Position numbers and translations under genes: made by a program. The notes beneath the pieces are model-generated. The model had not been told where the DNA came from. It saw only the letters and a list, made by a program, of their open reading frames with translations, and ran no database searches. A stretch of 64,000 nucleotides of DNA from the human T2T-CHM13v2.0 reference genome, Homo sapiens, in assembly GCF_009914755.1 (NCBI RefSeq), contig NC_060925.1. One strand, 5' to 3'. Numbering within the stretch: the first letter of the stretch is position 1; each line of letters opens with the position of its first letter. This document shows, piece after piece, positions 41,902-58,860 of this stretch.

Positions 41902-42243
41902 CTGATCTCTGAGTGGCACAACAGTAGCTTCTTCTTATGGGTAGGGATACCAGCAGCATCTCCCTCTCCAAGGAGGTTTGTTTCTATGATGGCTGTTGGT
42001 TAGCTCAGTGGCAAAAACTGCCAGTATCCTCTGCAGAGCCGGCTGCTGGGGTCCATGCCAATAAACACTAATGGCACCTTTGCTGTGAAGGCTATGGTGA
42101 ATCGGCAGATGCCATATGGGCTGTTGTAACCCTCAGTGGCAAAGTCTGCCAAGGTGCTCTGCAGAGAAGGCCACTGGGAACCATGTTGGCACTCACCATG
42201 TGGCTGGTACTGATATCCATGCCATTTTTGTTGTTGTTGTTGT

Positions 42244-42381
42244 TCAAGCTCCCAGCTGCGGCATACAGCAATGGTCAGACAGTTGTAATTGGTCAGAAAT
42301 CAGATACAAGGGAGTCTTCTAGTATAAACAAGCTTCCCATGTGAGGGACACTGGTTGTGGGTTGAAAAACTAGCCATTAGG
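42244..42381 (+). repeat. Local diverged duplicate of LTR segment 41623-41761
   Basis: Collinear from tcaagctcccagctgc to aactagccattagg. Confidence 0.85.
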
Positions 42382-43137
42382 AGGTTCCTCGTCATCTCCA
42401 GAAGTCTCAAGTATGCTGATCTTCTCAGTGTTCCTTTGTGTACAGATTTTGTCCATGTTTCCTTGTTCCATGGTGATGCTGAAGGTTTTTAATTGGATTA
42501 TTTTGCCCTCTTAGTATTTCATTCATTGATATCTGTCTAATTAATTGTTACTTTGCAGGGGGACAGAATGAAGGCTCTGTCTTCTACTCCATCATCTTGT
42601 TGGCATCACTCCTGGAAAAGGTACATTAAAAAATAAGTTGAAATATATAGAATTGTGTAATTACTTAGCTATAGAGTTGTATGAAAACATAAATAGTTTT
42701 CCAAAAGTGTTTAGATAAATTCAGTGCAATTATAACTACAAGTGCATGTTAAAGGAATCAAGGAGCATTTCTAGTTTTTGAGATTAATTTTATGAAAGCA
42801 AATATATCATTTTGGTATATCAGCCAGCTTCTTAGTAACTAGAGATTTCTTTGGCCACATAACATGACTTCTGTATTCTTGTAAGTTTAAAGTATCTAAA
42901 AAAAGTAAAATTATTTATAAAAATTTCAATAACCTTCTAACTTTAACACTTGCATCCCTCCAGCCTTTTTAACACTTGCCTCCCTCCAGTCTATTCTCTA
43001 CTCAATATCTAAAGTAACCTTACAAAAGTAGAAATCAGATGATCGTATCCGTCTTCTACTGAAAACACATCAGTGAATTCTAATCACCTACATTTAGAAA
43101 AAAATTGAAACTCTTCATCATCTCCTTCCTGCTTATT

Positions 43138-43460
43138 TGTGTAACAGATATATGGGGAAATTGTTTAATAGGAACAATGGGTCCACTAGTAAGTTATATA
43201 GGGGCTGCAACATTTCAGATAAGTTATTTGTTTGCAGGAAAAGAACACACATACACATACACACACAAACACACATGTGTGCACAAATTCACATATACCC
43301 TCTCTGTAAGCTACAGTAAGTTCCCAATTTAGTTAGCAAGGATGTATAAACCTAGCAGTGGAAAGCTGGCCACACAAATCAGGAGCAGATATTGACTATC
43401 TGAATACATCTCTTGTTTTCAGAGACCTTGAAAGGGGAAGGTTAATGATGGATCAGTAAC
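43138..43460 (+). repeat. Unclassified low-copy unit, copy A
   Basis: 38/48 ungapped identity with 54673-54720; 59/78 with reverse complement of 55773-55850 (hand alignments). Confidence 0.8.
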
Positions 43461-44253
43461 TGGGACTCATTTGTGTCTTGGAATATTGTCCATAAGATAG
43501 CAATATATAGGAATATTGTCCGTAGGATAGCTATTGCCTTTTATTTGGAAAGAAAATGGGCTAGTTTTAAGTCACAATATGAATTTTTTTCTCTCTTCAC
43601 CACATTTTTAATTAAATGCCTTGTTGCTCAATAATTCTTTCATTTGGTTTTTCAAAATAAATTGTAAATAATCAAAAATTTTAATACTGAAAAAACCATC
43701 CCCACATTAAAACACTTATTCAAATATTAGAATCTCTTCCCAAAGTTGTTTTTATTCCTTTTATCCATAAAGATGGGATACAATGAAGTGCTTAGATGTA
43801 CTATGTTATTTCTTCAATGCCTAGAGCCTGTGCTTTCCACCGCTGAAGCTGATATAGCTCTTTCAGCAACTTCCAAAGATAGAAACTGTTCAAACATTCC
43901 TTGGAAGAAGCAATGGTACACATGAAAGTAACACAAGCTAGTTCTACATCTATCTAATATATAATCAACATTATAACTAAATTAACATACATTAAACAGA
44001 AGGAATGCCTCACTTTGCCATTGTCAGTCATGAAGCATACCTAAGAATCCACACTATCCTCTCTACCATGGGGAGAAGACACAGTGTAGACAAAAATCCT
44101 GGTTTCAGCTTCACTGGAATGAAAGCTAGTGCAAGCTCACTATCAAGATTTACTACAAGTGAATATGACTCGAGTGGAAGAAATTTTCCATCAAAATGTC
44201 AGTTATGGTTTTATGATGTTTATATATTTGGGAGAAACTCACTCATACATGCC

Positions 44254-44951
<698 letters not shown>

Positions 44952-46767
44952 TAGTTTTATAATATATTTCCTCAAAGTTCCTACTTCTTTTTTTAGTATC
45001 TACCCAATATATTTAAAACGTCTTAGTTTCACTTCTTTTTTGAATCTTTCTTACCAGATATTCCAGTGCAAAGTTGAGTGTGGATCATCTTTAGGGATGT
45101 AATCTCGACTTCCCTTCGGAGAAAATGAGAAATACCACATTTGTTGGAAGCCAGTCTCCAAGAAAGGTTATTGACTTTGCGTTACCCACAATCCCAATTT
45201 TCCACTTAAATCCCTGTATTTAGAATTCTCAGGCTATCTAGAGCTGTAGTTGTTCTAGAAATTCTCACATACATGGCACATATCTACCTCTTTCCTAAGT
45301 TTGCCCTGGCTGAAGGATCACACTCAATAGATTCCTGAAGATAAACTTCTGGTAATTGATACCATTGTTGGTATACTTAGGATGATAGCAAGGATCAATA
45401 TTTCTTCAGTAATATAAACCTATTAGCTTTCCTTCCTTTAGTACATTCACTTTCCAATCCCTGAATAACTATTTCAGTTACAGCATATGCTTTCTTTTCC
45501 ATGTTGTCTTTACATGTCTCCTTGGTAAATTCCTCTAATGTTTCATTTTGTCTCAAAAAGACAAAAAAAAAGATCCTAACTACTTTTATGCAGTACCTGT
45601 GGACAAGGTAAAATAAAGAAATAAATAATCCTGGATTTCTGTAGGGTCAAAACTAGTTTTTACATTGGTTATGCATTTCCACCGTTCTACTTATTAACTG
45701 CAAGATTAGTATCTGTATTTTATAAATTTCATATATTCTTTTTCTAATTTTCATTAATATATTTCTGCTAATATATTCCATTTAGAAGAGGTCTAGCCCC
45801 TTCACTACAGTTTTCTCATAGCTTTTAATAAAATCTGATGGCTAGAGTATGCCAAGAATTCTTGGGTTTTTAACAACTCCTTTGTGTTTTTTTCCCCAGC
45901 CCAGAAGATGACATATTTATATATAATAAAGGGCCTTATTGTTCTTCATCCATTATTGATTACATTACCTGGAAGGTGAATAGGCCATGATCTGTACCTA
46001 TGACATCTACAGCTTTGGCTGCGCTTATCAACTAAACAAATGAGAATCAATTTAAAAGCACATGGTAGGGACAGTGTGAAAGAGTTGATGGAAAACCTAT
46101 AGGAATCTCCAAGTTAATTTTTTCATTGTTTACCCTTTATTACTGCATGAAGTCCAAAACATGATAACAGAGTTTAGGTCTGCCTACTAAAGACAAATAC
46201 TTGAACTTAATAACAATAATAATACCAATAATTCAAAAGCTGAAGACACAAAGTGTTAATGATTTATAATCTTTTATGAGTTCTCATCTAACAATTAAAG
46301 ACTATTTTTCTGCATAATACTAACACTTTTCTCCTCAAGCAATAGACTCTTTCCATGTATTGGCTCAAATTCCTAAGAATTTTCCTACATGACACTGTTA
46401 AATTGTGAGATATTTAATACATAATTACCAGAACCTTGAATCTGAAGCATGCTTTTCAGTTCACAGTTTTTCCTGATGCCTATTGTCAAGCTCAGCTGAG
46501 CTGCCTGCCTCCAGCTCCAGTATTAGAACTATCCTGGTGTAATGTGCAAAAAAAGAGAACAGAGAGAAGATAGAACAATCATCAAATTCTTACTCTCATA
46601 TTTCTACAAACATGAAAAGATAAAATCTAAGAGGGAGAACAAGTAAGTCAGGGATTACGGCTACGATTCAGTTTCGAGATTCCACTAATTGATCAGAGAA
46701 AAAGAATGGACTGCAAGATGAGCTTAAATCATGTTATTGTTTCACAATCACAAAGACAAGTAAGTAA

Positions 46768-47096
<329 letters not shown>

Positions 47097-47858
47097 ATTC
47101 TATATGTTTTAAACTGCTATCACTAGTGAGAATAGACGAAACAGAGTCCTGGACTTTGGCATAGTACATTAGATTTTCTACCACTTGGAAAGAAATAGAA
47201 AGGTAGAATGAAAAGAGTAGGTTTTTCCCCATGGAAATTGCTATTGTATCTTCATTTAAAGAAACACAGTGGTGTATCGGCATTTTGTTTTCTCTTGATA
47301 TGAATGATATTAGTATGTACTGTGCCATGAAGTATATATTGCTTTCAGTCCTTAAGCCATTACATTCTTGTTTTAAATCAATAAGAACTAATGTCATCCA
47401 AAAAAAATTTGCTGGTGATACATTTATTTGCCAGCATCATTTGTGTCAACTATATGAAACTTAAGTTATATTATTTTCAGACACAAACTTCACCTTATTT
47501 TACCTGTAATATCAAAGGATTTAGAGAAGCAGAAAAAGAAAAAAAAATTTCCTACTAAGTAGTAAAGATCAGTGTCTTGGAGCTATATATACTTTCTCTA
47601 ATGTAACATATCAATTTTTTACTACTTTTATTTTTATTTTATTATTTTAGTTTTTATTATACTTTAAGTTCTAGGGTACATGTGCATAATGTGCAGGTTT
47701 GTTACATATGTATACATGTGCCATGTTGGTGTGCTGCACCTGTTAACTCGTCATTTACATTAGGTATATCTCCTAATGCTATCCCTCCTCCCTCCCCCCA
47801 CCCCACAACAGGCCCAGTGTGTGATATTCCCCACCCTGTGTCCAAGTGTTCTCATTGT

Positions 47859-51685
<3,827 letters not shown>

Positions 51686-51742
51686 TATGTTAGCTGGTTA
51701 TGTTGCTCATTGATGAAGAAACTGACCATTGATGAAGTTTCT

Positions 51743-52785
51743 TCATAGCATCAATGGTCTTTGCAATTTGTCATGTTTTTGCAGTGGCTGGTACCAGTTG
51801 TTCCTTTGCATGTGTAGTGCTTCCTTCAGGAGCTCTTGTAAGGTAGGCCTGGTGGTGACAAAATCTCTCAGCATTTGCTTGTCTGTAAAGTATTTTATTT
51901 CTCCTTCACTTATGAAGCTTAGTTTGGCCGGATATGAAATTTTGGGTTGAAAATTCTTTTCTTTAAAAATGTTGAATATTGGCCCCCACTCTCTTCTGGC
52001 CTGTAGAGTTTCTGCCAAGAGATCTGCTGTTAGTCTGATGGGCTTCCCTTTGTGGGCAACCTGACCTTTCTGTCTGGCTGTCCTTAACATTTTTTCCTTC
52101 ATTTTAAATTTGGTGAATCTGACAATTATGTGTTTTGGAGTTGCTCTTCTCGAGGAGTATCTTTGTGGCATTCTCTATATTTCCTGAATTTGAATGTTGG
52201 CCTGCCTTGTTAGGTTGGGGAAGTTCTCCTGGATAATATCATGAAGTGTGTTTTCCAACTGGGTTCCATTCTCCCTGTCACTTTCAGGTACACCAATCAG
52301 ACGTAGATTTGGTCTTTTCACATTGTGCCATATTTTTTGGAGACTTTGTTTGTTTCTTTTTACTCTTTTTTCTCTAATATTCTCTTCTCACTTCATTTCA
52401 TTCATCTGATCTTCAATCACTGATACCCTTTCTTCCACTTGATCAAATCAGCTACTGAGGCTTGTGCATGCATCACATAGTTCTCATGCCATGGTTTTCA
52501 GCTCCATCAGGTCATTTAAGGTTTTCTCTACACTGTTTATTCTAGATAGCCATTCGTCTAATCTTTTTTCAAGGTTTTAACTTCTTTGCGATGGGTTCAA
52601 ACATCCTCCTTTAGCTCGGGGTAGTTTGTTATTACCGATAGTCTGAAGCTGTCTTCTCTCAACTCATCAAAGTCATTCTCCATCCAGGTTTGTTCTGTTG
52701 CTGGTGAGGAGCTGCACTCCTTTGGAGGAGAAGAGGCGCTCTGATTTTTAGAATTTTCAGCTTTTCTGCTCTGGTTTCTCCCCAT
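51743..52785 (-). pseudogene. Disrupted L1 ORF1
   Basis: MGRNQSRKAENSKNQSASSPP and PIRLTADL...ARREWGPIF...YPAKLSF fragments. Confidence 0.92.
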
Positions 52786-53520
52786 CTTTGTGGTTTTATC
52801 CACCTTTGGTCTTTGATGATGGTGACATACAGATGGGGTTTTGGTGTGGATGTCCTTTCTGTTTGTTAGTTTTCCTTCTAACAGTCAGGACCCTCAGCTG
52901 CAGGTCTGTTGGAGTTTGATGGAGGTCCACTCCAGACCCTGTTTGCCTGGGTATCACCAGCGGAGGCTGCAGAACAGCAAATATTGCAGAACGGCAAATG
53001 TTGCTGCCTGATCCTTCCTCTGGAAGCTTCATATCAGAGGGGCACCCAGCTGTATGAGGTGTCAGTCAGCCCCTACTGGGAGGTGTTTCCCAGTTAGGCT
53101 ATGCAGGTGTCCGGGACCCACTTGAGGAGGCAGTCTGTCCATTCTCAGATCTCAGACTCCATGCTGGGAGAACCACTACTCTCTTCAAAGCTGTCAGACA
53201 GGGACATTTAAGTCTGCAGAAGTTTCTGCTGCCTTTTTTTCAGCTATGCCCTGCCCCCCAGAAATGAAGTCTACAGAGGCAGGCAGGCCTCCTTGAGCGG
53301 CAGTGGGCTCCAACCATTTCGAGCTTCCCAGCTGCTTTGTTTACCTACTCAAGCCTCAGCAATGGTGGATGCCCCTCCCCCAGCCTTGCTGCCACCTTGC
53401 AGTTCAATCTCAGACTGCTGTGCTAGCAGTAAGCGAGGCTCCATGGGCATGGGACCCTCTGAGCCAGGATATAATCTCCTGGTGTGCCATTTGCTAAGAC
53501 CACTGGAAAAGAACAGTATT

Positions 53521-53770
53521 AGGTCGAGGCAGGCAGATCACGAGGTCAGGAGTTTGAGATGAACCTTGTCAACATAGTGAAACCCTGTCTCTACTAAAAA
53601 TACAAAAAATTAGCCAAGTGTGGTGGTGAGCACCTGTAATCCCAGCTACTTGGGAGGCTTAGGAGGAGAATTGCTTGAACCCAGGAGGCAGTGGTTGTAG
53701 TGAGCCAAGATCGCGCCACTGCACTCCAGCTTGGGTGACAGTGTGAGACTCCGTCTCAAAAAAAAAAAAA
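53521..53770 (+). mobile_element. 5'-truncated AluS (Sg-like) fused to the L1 5' UTR
   Basis: Begins aggtcgaggcaggcagatcacgaggtcaggagttt; poly(A) ends at 53770; no TSD seen. Confidence 0.9.
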
Positions 53771-54059
53771 TTCCCTGGACTTTTGTGGGCATTTTTGTTG
53801 ACTCTATGGAATTTAAAGTGTATGATAATTTATATGACCCAAATTTGAATTAATTTTACTTTTTATATCAAAAGACAAATATACAAATGGAAATTTTTAA
53901 TGATTTATTATCTGAAGATATTGGCTGACTAATGTTTATTATATGGGTGCAGTTTTTGGGAATTAGTTGGATGAATGTAATGAAAGTGCATTAAGATAAA
54001 AAAAATTAATTGACCATAGGAAGAGTATTAGTTTCTCTATGGGAATGCAATAATGAATA

Positions 54060-54592
54060 GGAAACTATTCTTTTGACTTTATACATGTCCAAAGTTTTTT
54101 TTAACTCCTCCCTTCAAGAGATGAAGCTTAATTACCTTCTCCTTGCATGTGGGCTGGAATTGATGACTCATTTCTATCAAATAGAAAAATGCAGAAGTAA
54201 TGCTATGTGACTTTACAACTAAGACATTAAAGGCATATAACTTCTGTCTTGGCCTCTCTCTCTCTGTCTGTCTCTCTCTCTCTGTCTCTCTCTGTTGAAT
54301 CACTTGCTCTGGGGGAAATCAGATGCCATGTTGTGAGAGGACCATGTGCTGAAGAACTGAGGCCTTCTGGTGACAGCCACCTAAGTGACCTTAGAAGCAG
54401 ATCTTCCAACCCCAGTCAAACCTTCAGATAATTGCAACCTCAGCTAATCTCATGAGGACTATACGCTCATGAGAGACTCAGATAAATTGCTTCTAGATTT
54501 CTGACCCTCAGAAACTCTGTATGATAATACATATGTTTGGTTTTAAGCCTGTAAGTTTGCAGGTGACTTGCTACATAGTAATAGGTAATACA
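54060..54592 (+). mobile_element. MLT1F-like MaLR LTR with internal (CT)n
   Basis: ctcctcccttcaagagatgaagcttaattaccttctccttgcatgtgggctgg...tgctacatagtaataggtaataca. Confidence 0.8.
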
Positions 54593-54672
54593 TTGCTCTT
54601 ACCTGAAAGATACCTAAAGCCTTGTGTGGAAGAGGACCAGAGTGAGATGTTTTGAAATACTGCTTCGCGCAC

Positions 54673-54890
54673 TGTGTCACAGAAAAATGGAGAAACTGTA
54701 TAACAGAAATAAAGGGTCCATAATAATTCACGCAAGGTTTGCCACATTTCAGATTGGTTATAAATTCACAGGAAAAGACCACACATGCATCCACACAAAC
54801 ATACACACACACAAATACACACTATAAGACTACAGTAAATTCCCAGTAAACTGAACATTCAGAGCAGGAGCAGCTACATGATAGCCAGGT
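54673..54890 (+). repeat. Unclassified low-copy unit, copy B
   Basis: Collinear with copy A, with a short internal deletion after ttccca. Confidence 0.8.
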
Positions 54891-55357
54891 AATTAATTTT
54901 TCTGCTCTATCTAAGCTCAAGAAGAAAAAAAATCACCAAGGTCTTATGGCCGTGAATATTTTATTTCTTTTACTTCCTTTTTGTGCATGTGCAAACATTA
55001 TTATTTAGTATAAATAGCTCTCCATTGACATGTATATGAGACTTGGAATTTAGTGTAATTTAAAACTGAAAGACAAAATTGCTTAGAACATGAGAAGAGC
55101 GAGTTTGTGTTGTATGCTAATAGGCTTAGACTACAAATTTTTTTTAAACAAAATTTGCCTTTGGGAGAAGAATCACTTGTGATATTTGTACTAAACTCAG
55201 TATTAGAAATCCCCACATATAAGAAGATTAAATCATCATCATGCAGCAAACTACAACAATGTTAGTTGGGGACATCTGGACAATTATTCTGCTCCTCCAG
55301 AAAAGGACGTGCCTTGTCATTGCTGAATTTAAGTCAGAACCAGAAAAAATCATTATT

Positions 55358-55606
55358 AAAGAAAAAAGAAAAGAAAGAAACAGGGAAAGAAAGAAGGAAA
55401 GGAGGGAGGGAGGGAGGGAGGAAGGAAGGAAGGAAGGAAGGAAGGAAGGAAGGAAGGAAGGAAGGAAGGAAAAGAAAGCAAAAGAAAAAGAAAGAAAACA
55501 GAAGAAAGAAGGAAAGAAGGAAGGAAGGAGAGAAGAAAGAAAGAATAGAAGGAAGGAAAGAAAGAAAGAAAGAGAGAAAGAAAGAAAGAAAGAAAGAGAA
55601 AGAAAG
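55358..55606. repeat. Polypurine compound microsatellite (GAAA/GGGA/GGAA), 13 consecutive GGAA at 55420-55471
   Basis: Directly visible. Confidence 0.95.
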
Positions 55607-55709
55607 CTTAAATGAGAGCTGACAGTTTATTTATATAAAATGTTTAGAATTTTTATGAAGTACCCTCATAAACTGGAACTCCAGACCTGCTAAGATAATC
55701 ATGTGAATG

Positions 55710-55975
55710 GACAGTGTTGCCAGCATCTGCCTACCCCTTTTCAAGGTTTCTGTGGTGCTGAGATAGATGCAACTGCTCCTGCTTATTGTAGCCAGTTTAT
55801 CATTGCTAAAATTACATACCCTTGGTTAATTAAATTGGGAACATACTATAACCGTTCTGTGTATGTGTGTATGTGCATGTGAATGTAGTCTTTTTCTGTA
55901 AATACCAAACAGAGATGTTCCTGACTCAGGGATATATTTTTCAACCACAGTAAAATTCATTTTGGATCCAATATT
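55710..55975 (-). repeat. Unclassified low-copy unit, copy C (inverted)
   Basis: Reverse complement contains gttcccaattta, caggagcag and cagaaaccttgaaaagggg, collinear with copy A. Confidence 0.78.
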
Positions 55976-57199
55976 TCAAAGGTTTTGATTATTAAATATG
56001 AAAATAATGGTTTTTTACCATATCCCTCATACCTAATAATGAAAAATAGCAAGTGCTTTATAAACATTTGTTATTGCTTCTCTACACTTAAACTGAAGAA
56101 AGATAAATATATGAAAATAATACATGAATATTCTTCTCTAGATTTTACTAGAAAATTTAGAGCATTTCATTTTTAATATTACATGGAACAGATAATCTAT
56201 AAATATGGCATATGGTGTATTGCTAGACAAGTATATTTACCTTCCTTTAAAAAATATTTTTACTTCTCAAACTACCCCCACGAATGCTCTCTAAGGTATA
56301 ATGCTTCATATACTTCACTTTACAACCTCACACTATACTTACAAACATTAAAACATATGTAACTCTTTTAATAGGCTATGCATATTTTTTTCATTTCAGA
56401 GCTACTGACATGTTTCTGCAAATTTATAGGAAAAAATGATAAAGATAAATTAATATGTCTAATCAAGTTATGGATCAGTGATGCCTCCAGTGTGTACTCT
56501 AAAAAATATTTTTAATTAGTATTCTAATATCTAATACTCCTACAATATATTTTTCTGTTCTTTAGTCAATCCTTCTGTATACTTTAGAAACTACAGAAAG
56601 GGCTTATTGTTATTAATGAAAATGATTAAATGCATACTAGCCTATGTGCATTTGTATATTCTCTCAGAAATCAAGTTGCTTGTCACCAGGAAGAGCCCAA
56701 TTAACTCTAGAAGAAAATCTAAGAAGGAAGAGCGAAAGGTGGGAGGCTGATTTGAATTTTACCCTGCCAGGAGCACACAAGAGATTCAGTTAGGAGGATT
56801 CAATTCACATACTCATTTGTCAGCAAAGGAATGTGTTTTTGTCAGTTAAAATGAACTCTAGACAAAATTAAATGCAATATTTTTGCACTCTGCATATCTA
56901 TGAACTGAAGTTCAGTGATATCTGTTTTATTACAGGGAATGTCACTGAAAAATAACCCTGAAATATTTCAGGGTGGTTTTAGGTAGCTTTCCTCTTAATT
57001 TTTTTGGATACTGATGGTAAAATAGAATTATAAGAGCCATGCTTATTTACACTAACTCAATTTTCTCTTTCCTATATTTTTTTACCTTTATTATTTTCAA
57101 CATGCTAACATTAAATATAGCTAAAAATAAGTAAAGTGATTAATAGCTACACCAGACAGGTGATGCATAGATAGGACATAGCCAAAAGAATCATTAGTG

Positions 57200-57400
57200 T
57201 TTGCTTGACTCATTCGACAAAGTTTTATTGAGTATCTACACTGTGCCAGTCATGGTGCTACCAACATAAGACACTGCAGAATGCAAAACAGACAGAAAGC
57301 ATTGCTCTTTCAGAGATGACATCTGGGGAGAGGCCAACGACAATCACATAATAAATAAATGAATTATGTAATATGTTAGAAATTTATGGGGAAATTAAGC
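57200..57400 (-). mobile_element. L2 3' end
   Basis: ctcattcgacaaagttttattgagtatctacactgtgccagtcatggtgcta. Confidence 0.7.
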
Positions 57401-57614
57401 ATTTTGGTTTAAGAGACTAGGAAGCAAGCTAAAGGTGAGACAGGAAATATTTATACTTAATAATTTCCAGCTGAAAGTATGATTCATACTATCAGAAAAC
57501 AAAATAAAATATCCTCTAGTAATGGTTATCTTTATAATTTTCTCCTCTGACTGGGGATATGCTAAGAGTAGATGTGGGAGGAGAGCATGGAAGTGAGACT
57601 GAATTTATCTCAGA

Positions 57615-58860
57615 CATGCATTAATTTAACAAATAATTATTGATTACCTACTATGAACAAGATATTGGGGATGCAGAGGCAGACAAAATAAACAAAATTC
57701 TAAATACATGGAACTTATATTAAGAGGAAGCCACCAAGTAAAGGAAGTAGATATGTGGTATATCAGATGGTAATACATTTGCTACTTGAAATATATCAAG
57801 GAAGTGAGATAAAGATGCAGCCGTAAGAGGCAGAGCTGAGAAAGAGTTTGAATTTTTGTATATGGTATTCAAGGAGAGCCTAAAGGAGGTATTAAAAGAA
57901 AAGAAAGTCATTCAGATATCTGAAGGAAGAATATTCCGAGGAAAGAAAACAGGAAATGCCATGTCCCTGAGGAAGGAACATATCTATTTGATTTTTAAGA
58001 AAATAACAATAAGACTAAGTTTGGCTAGAGCAGAGTGATCAACGAGGAAACAGTAGGAAGATTAAGACAGGGAGGTAACAGGAGTCCAGATATGTGGGGC
58101 ATTACAAACTTAAATTTTATGTGAGTAAGTTGGAAAGCCATTAGAAGGTTTTAAGTGGTGGGATTCAACATATTTTAATAGAATGACTCAGGCATTTGTA
58201 TTGAGAATATATTATTGGAAGTAGAAGATGAAATACAGAGTGATTAGTTAGGAGGCTAATACAATTATCTCAGATAGGGAAGATAGTGGCTTTGACCAGG
58301 GTATAGAAGTGAAAGAATTGGTCAAATGCTGCATATACTTTGAAGAAAGAACAGGATTTGCTGACGATTTTAATACAAAGTATGAGAAAAAATCCAGGAA
58401 ACAAGGATGACTATGAGGTTCCTAACCTATACAATTGACAATGTGACAGTACTCATTATTAAAAATAGAAGATTGTAGAAGAAGGAGTTTTAAACTTGAA
58501 ATTTAGGTTCCTATTATATATTTAATTGGAATTATCAAGAAAGCAATTAAATATGAATCTAAAGTTTAAGGGGCATATAGAAGTTAGCAACATAAATTTA
58601 GATTTCATCAACAGTAGATAACATTTAAGGCCAAAAGATAATATGAGACCACAAAATTGAATGTGTGCCCCCAGAGAAGAGAACGCATATAAAGACAAGT
58701 CCTATGGAGCCCAATTTTAAAAGATGAGAGAGATGAGGAAGAACCAGCAAAGAAAAAAAAAGTAAACATTTAAAAAAAAGGGTGGCCACAGAAGTAAATG
58801 AAACTGAAACATTTTTACTGTCCATAAGTCAAGAGAATGAGTGTTTCAAAGAAGAAAGGG
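57615..58860 (-). mobile_element. L2 (L2a-like) long fragment
   Basis: atttaacaaataattattgattacctactatg start and collinear L2 motifs. Confidence 0.75.

Larger units (their letters stand above)
38565..42612 (-). mobile_element. Old L1M 5' half (5' UTR, ORF1, start of ORF2) with nested insertions
   Basis: Antisense ORF1/inter-ORF homology; 5' terminus-like ctactccatcatcttgttggcatcac near 42585-42610. Confidence 0.7.

Noticed and set aside
45055-45113. Candidate 59-nt minus-strand exon (gaag|...ctg|gtaaga)
   Set aside because: Weak acceptor, no recognisable peptide and no partner exons; the same bases also form a plus-strand acceptor, so likely chance
53246-53296. L1 ORF0 (atgccctgcccc start)
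   Set aside because: Extra C shifts the frame and a stop follows after 16 codons
54829-54846. ZNF143/THAP11-like ACTACA...TCCCAG in copy B
   Set aside because: Spacer is 6 nt rather than 2
55241-55622. 124-aa and 118-aa K/E/R-rich ORFs
   Set aside because: Stop-free read-through of a purine microsatellite
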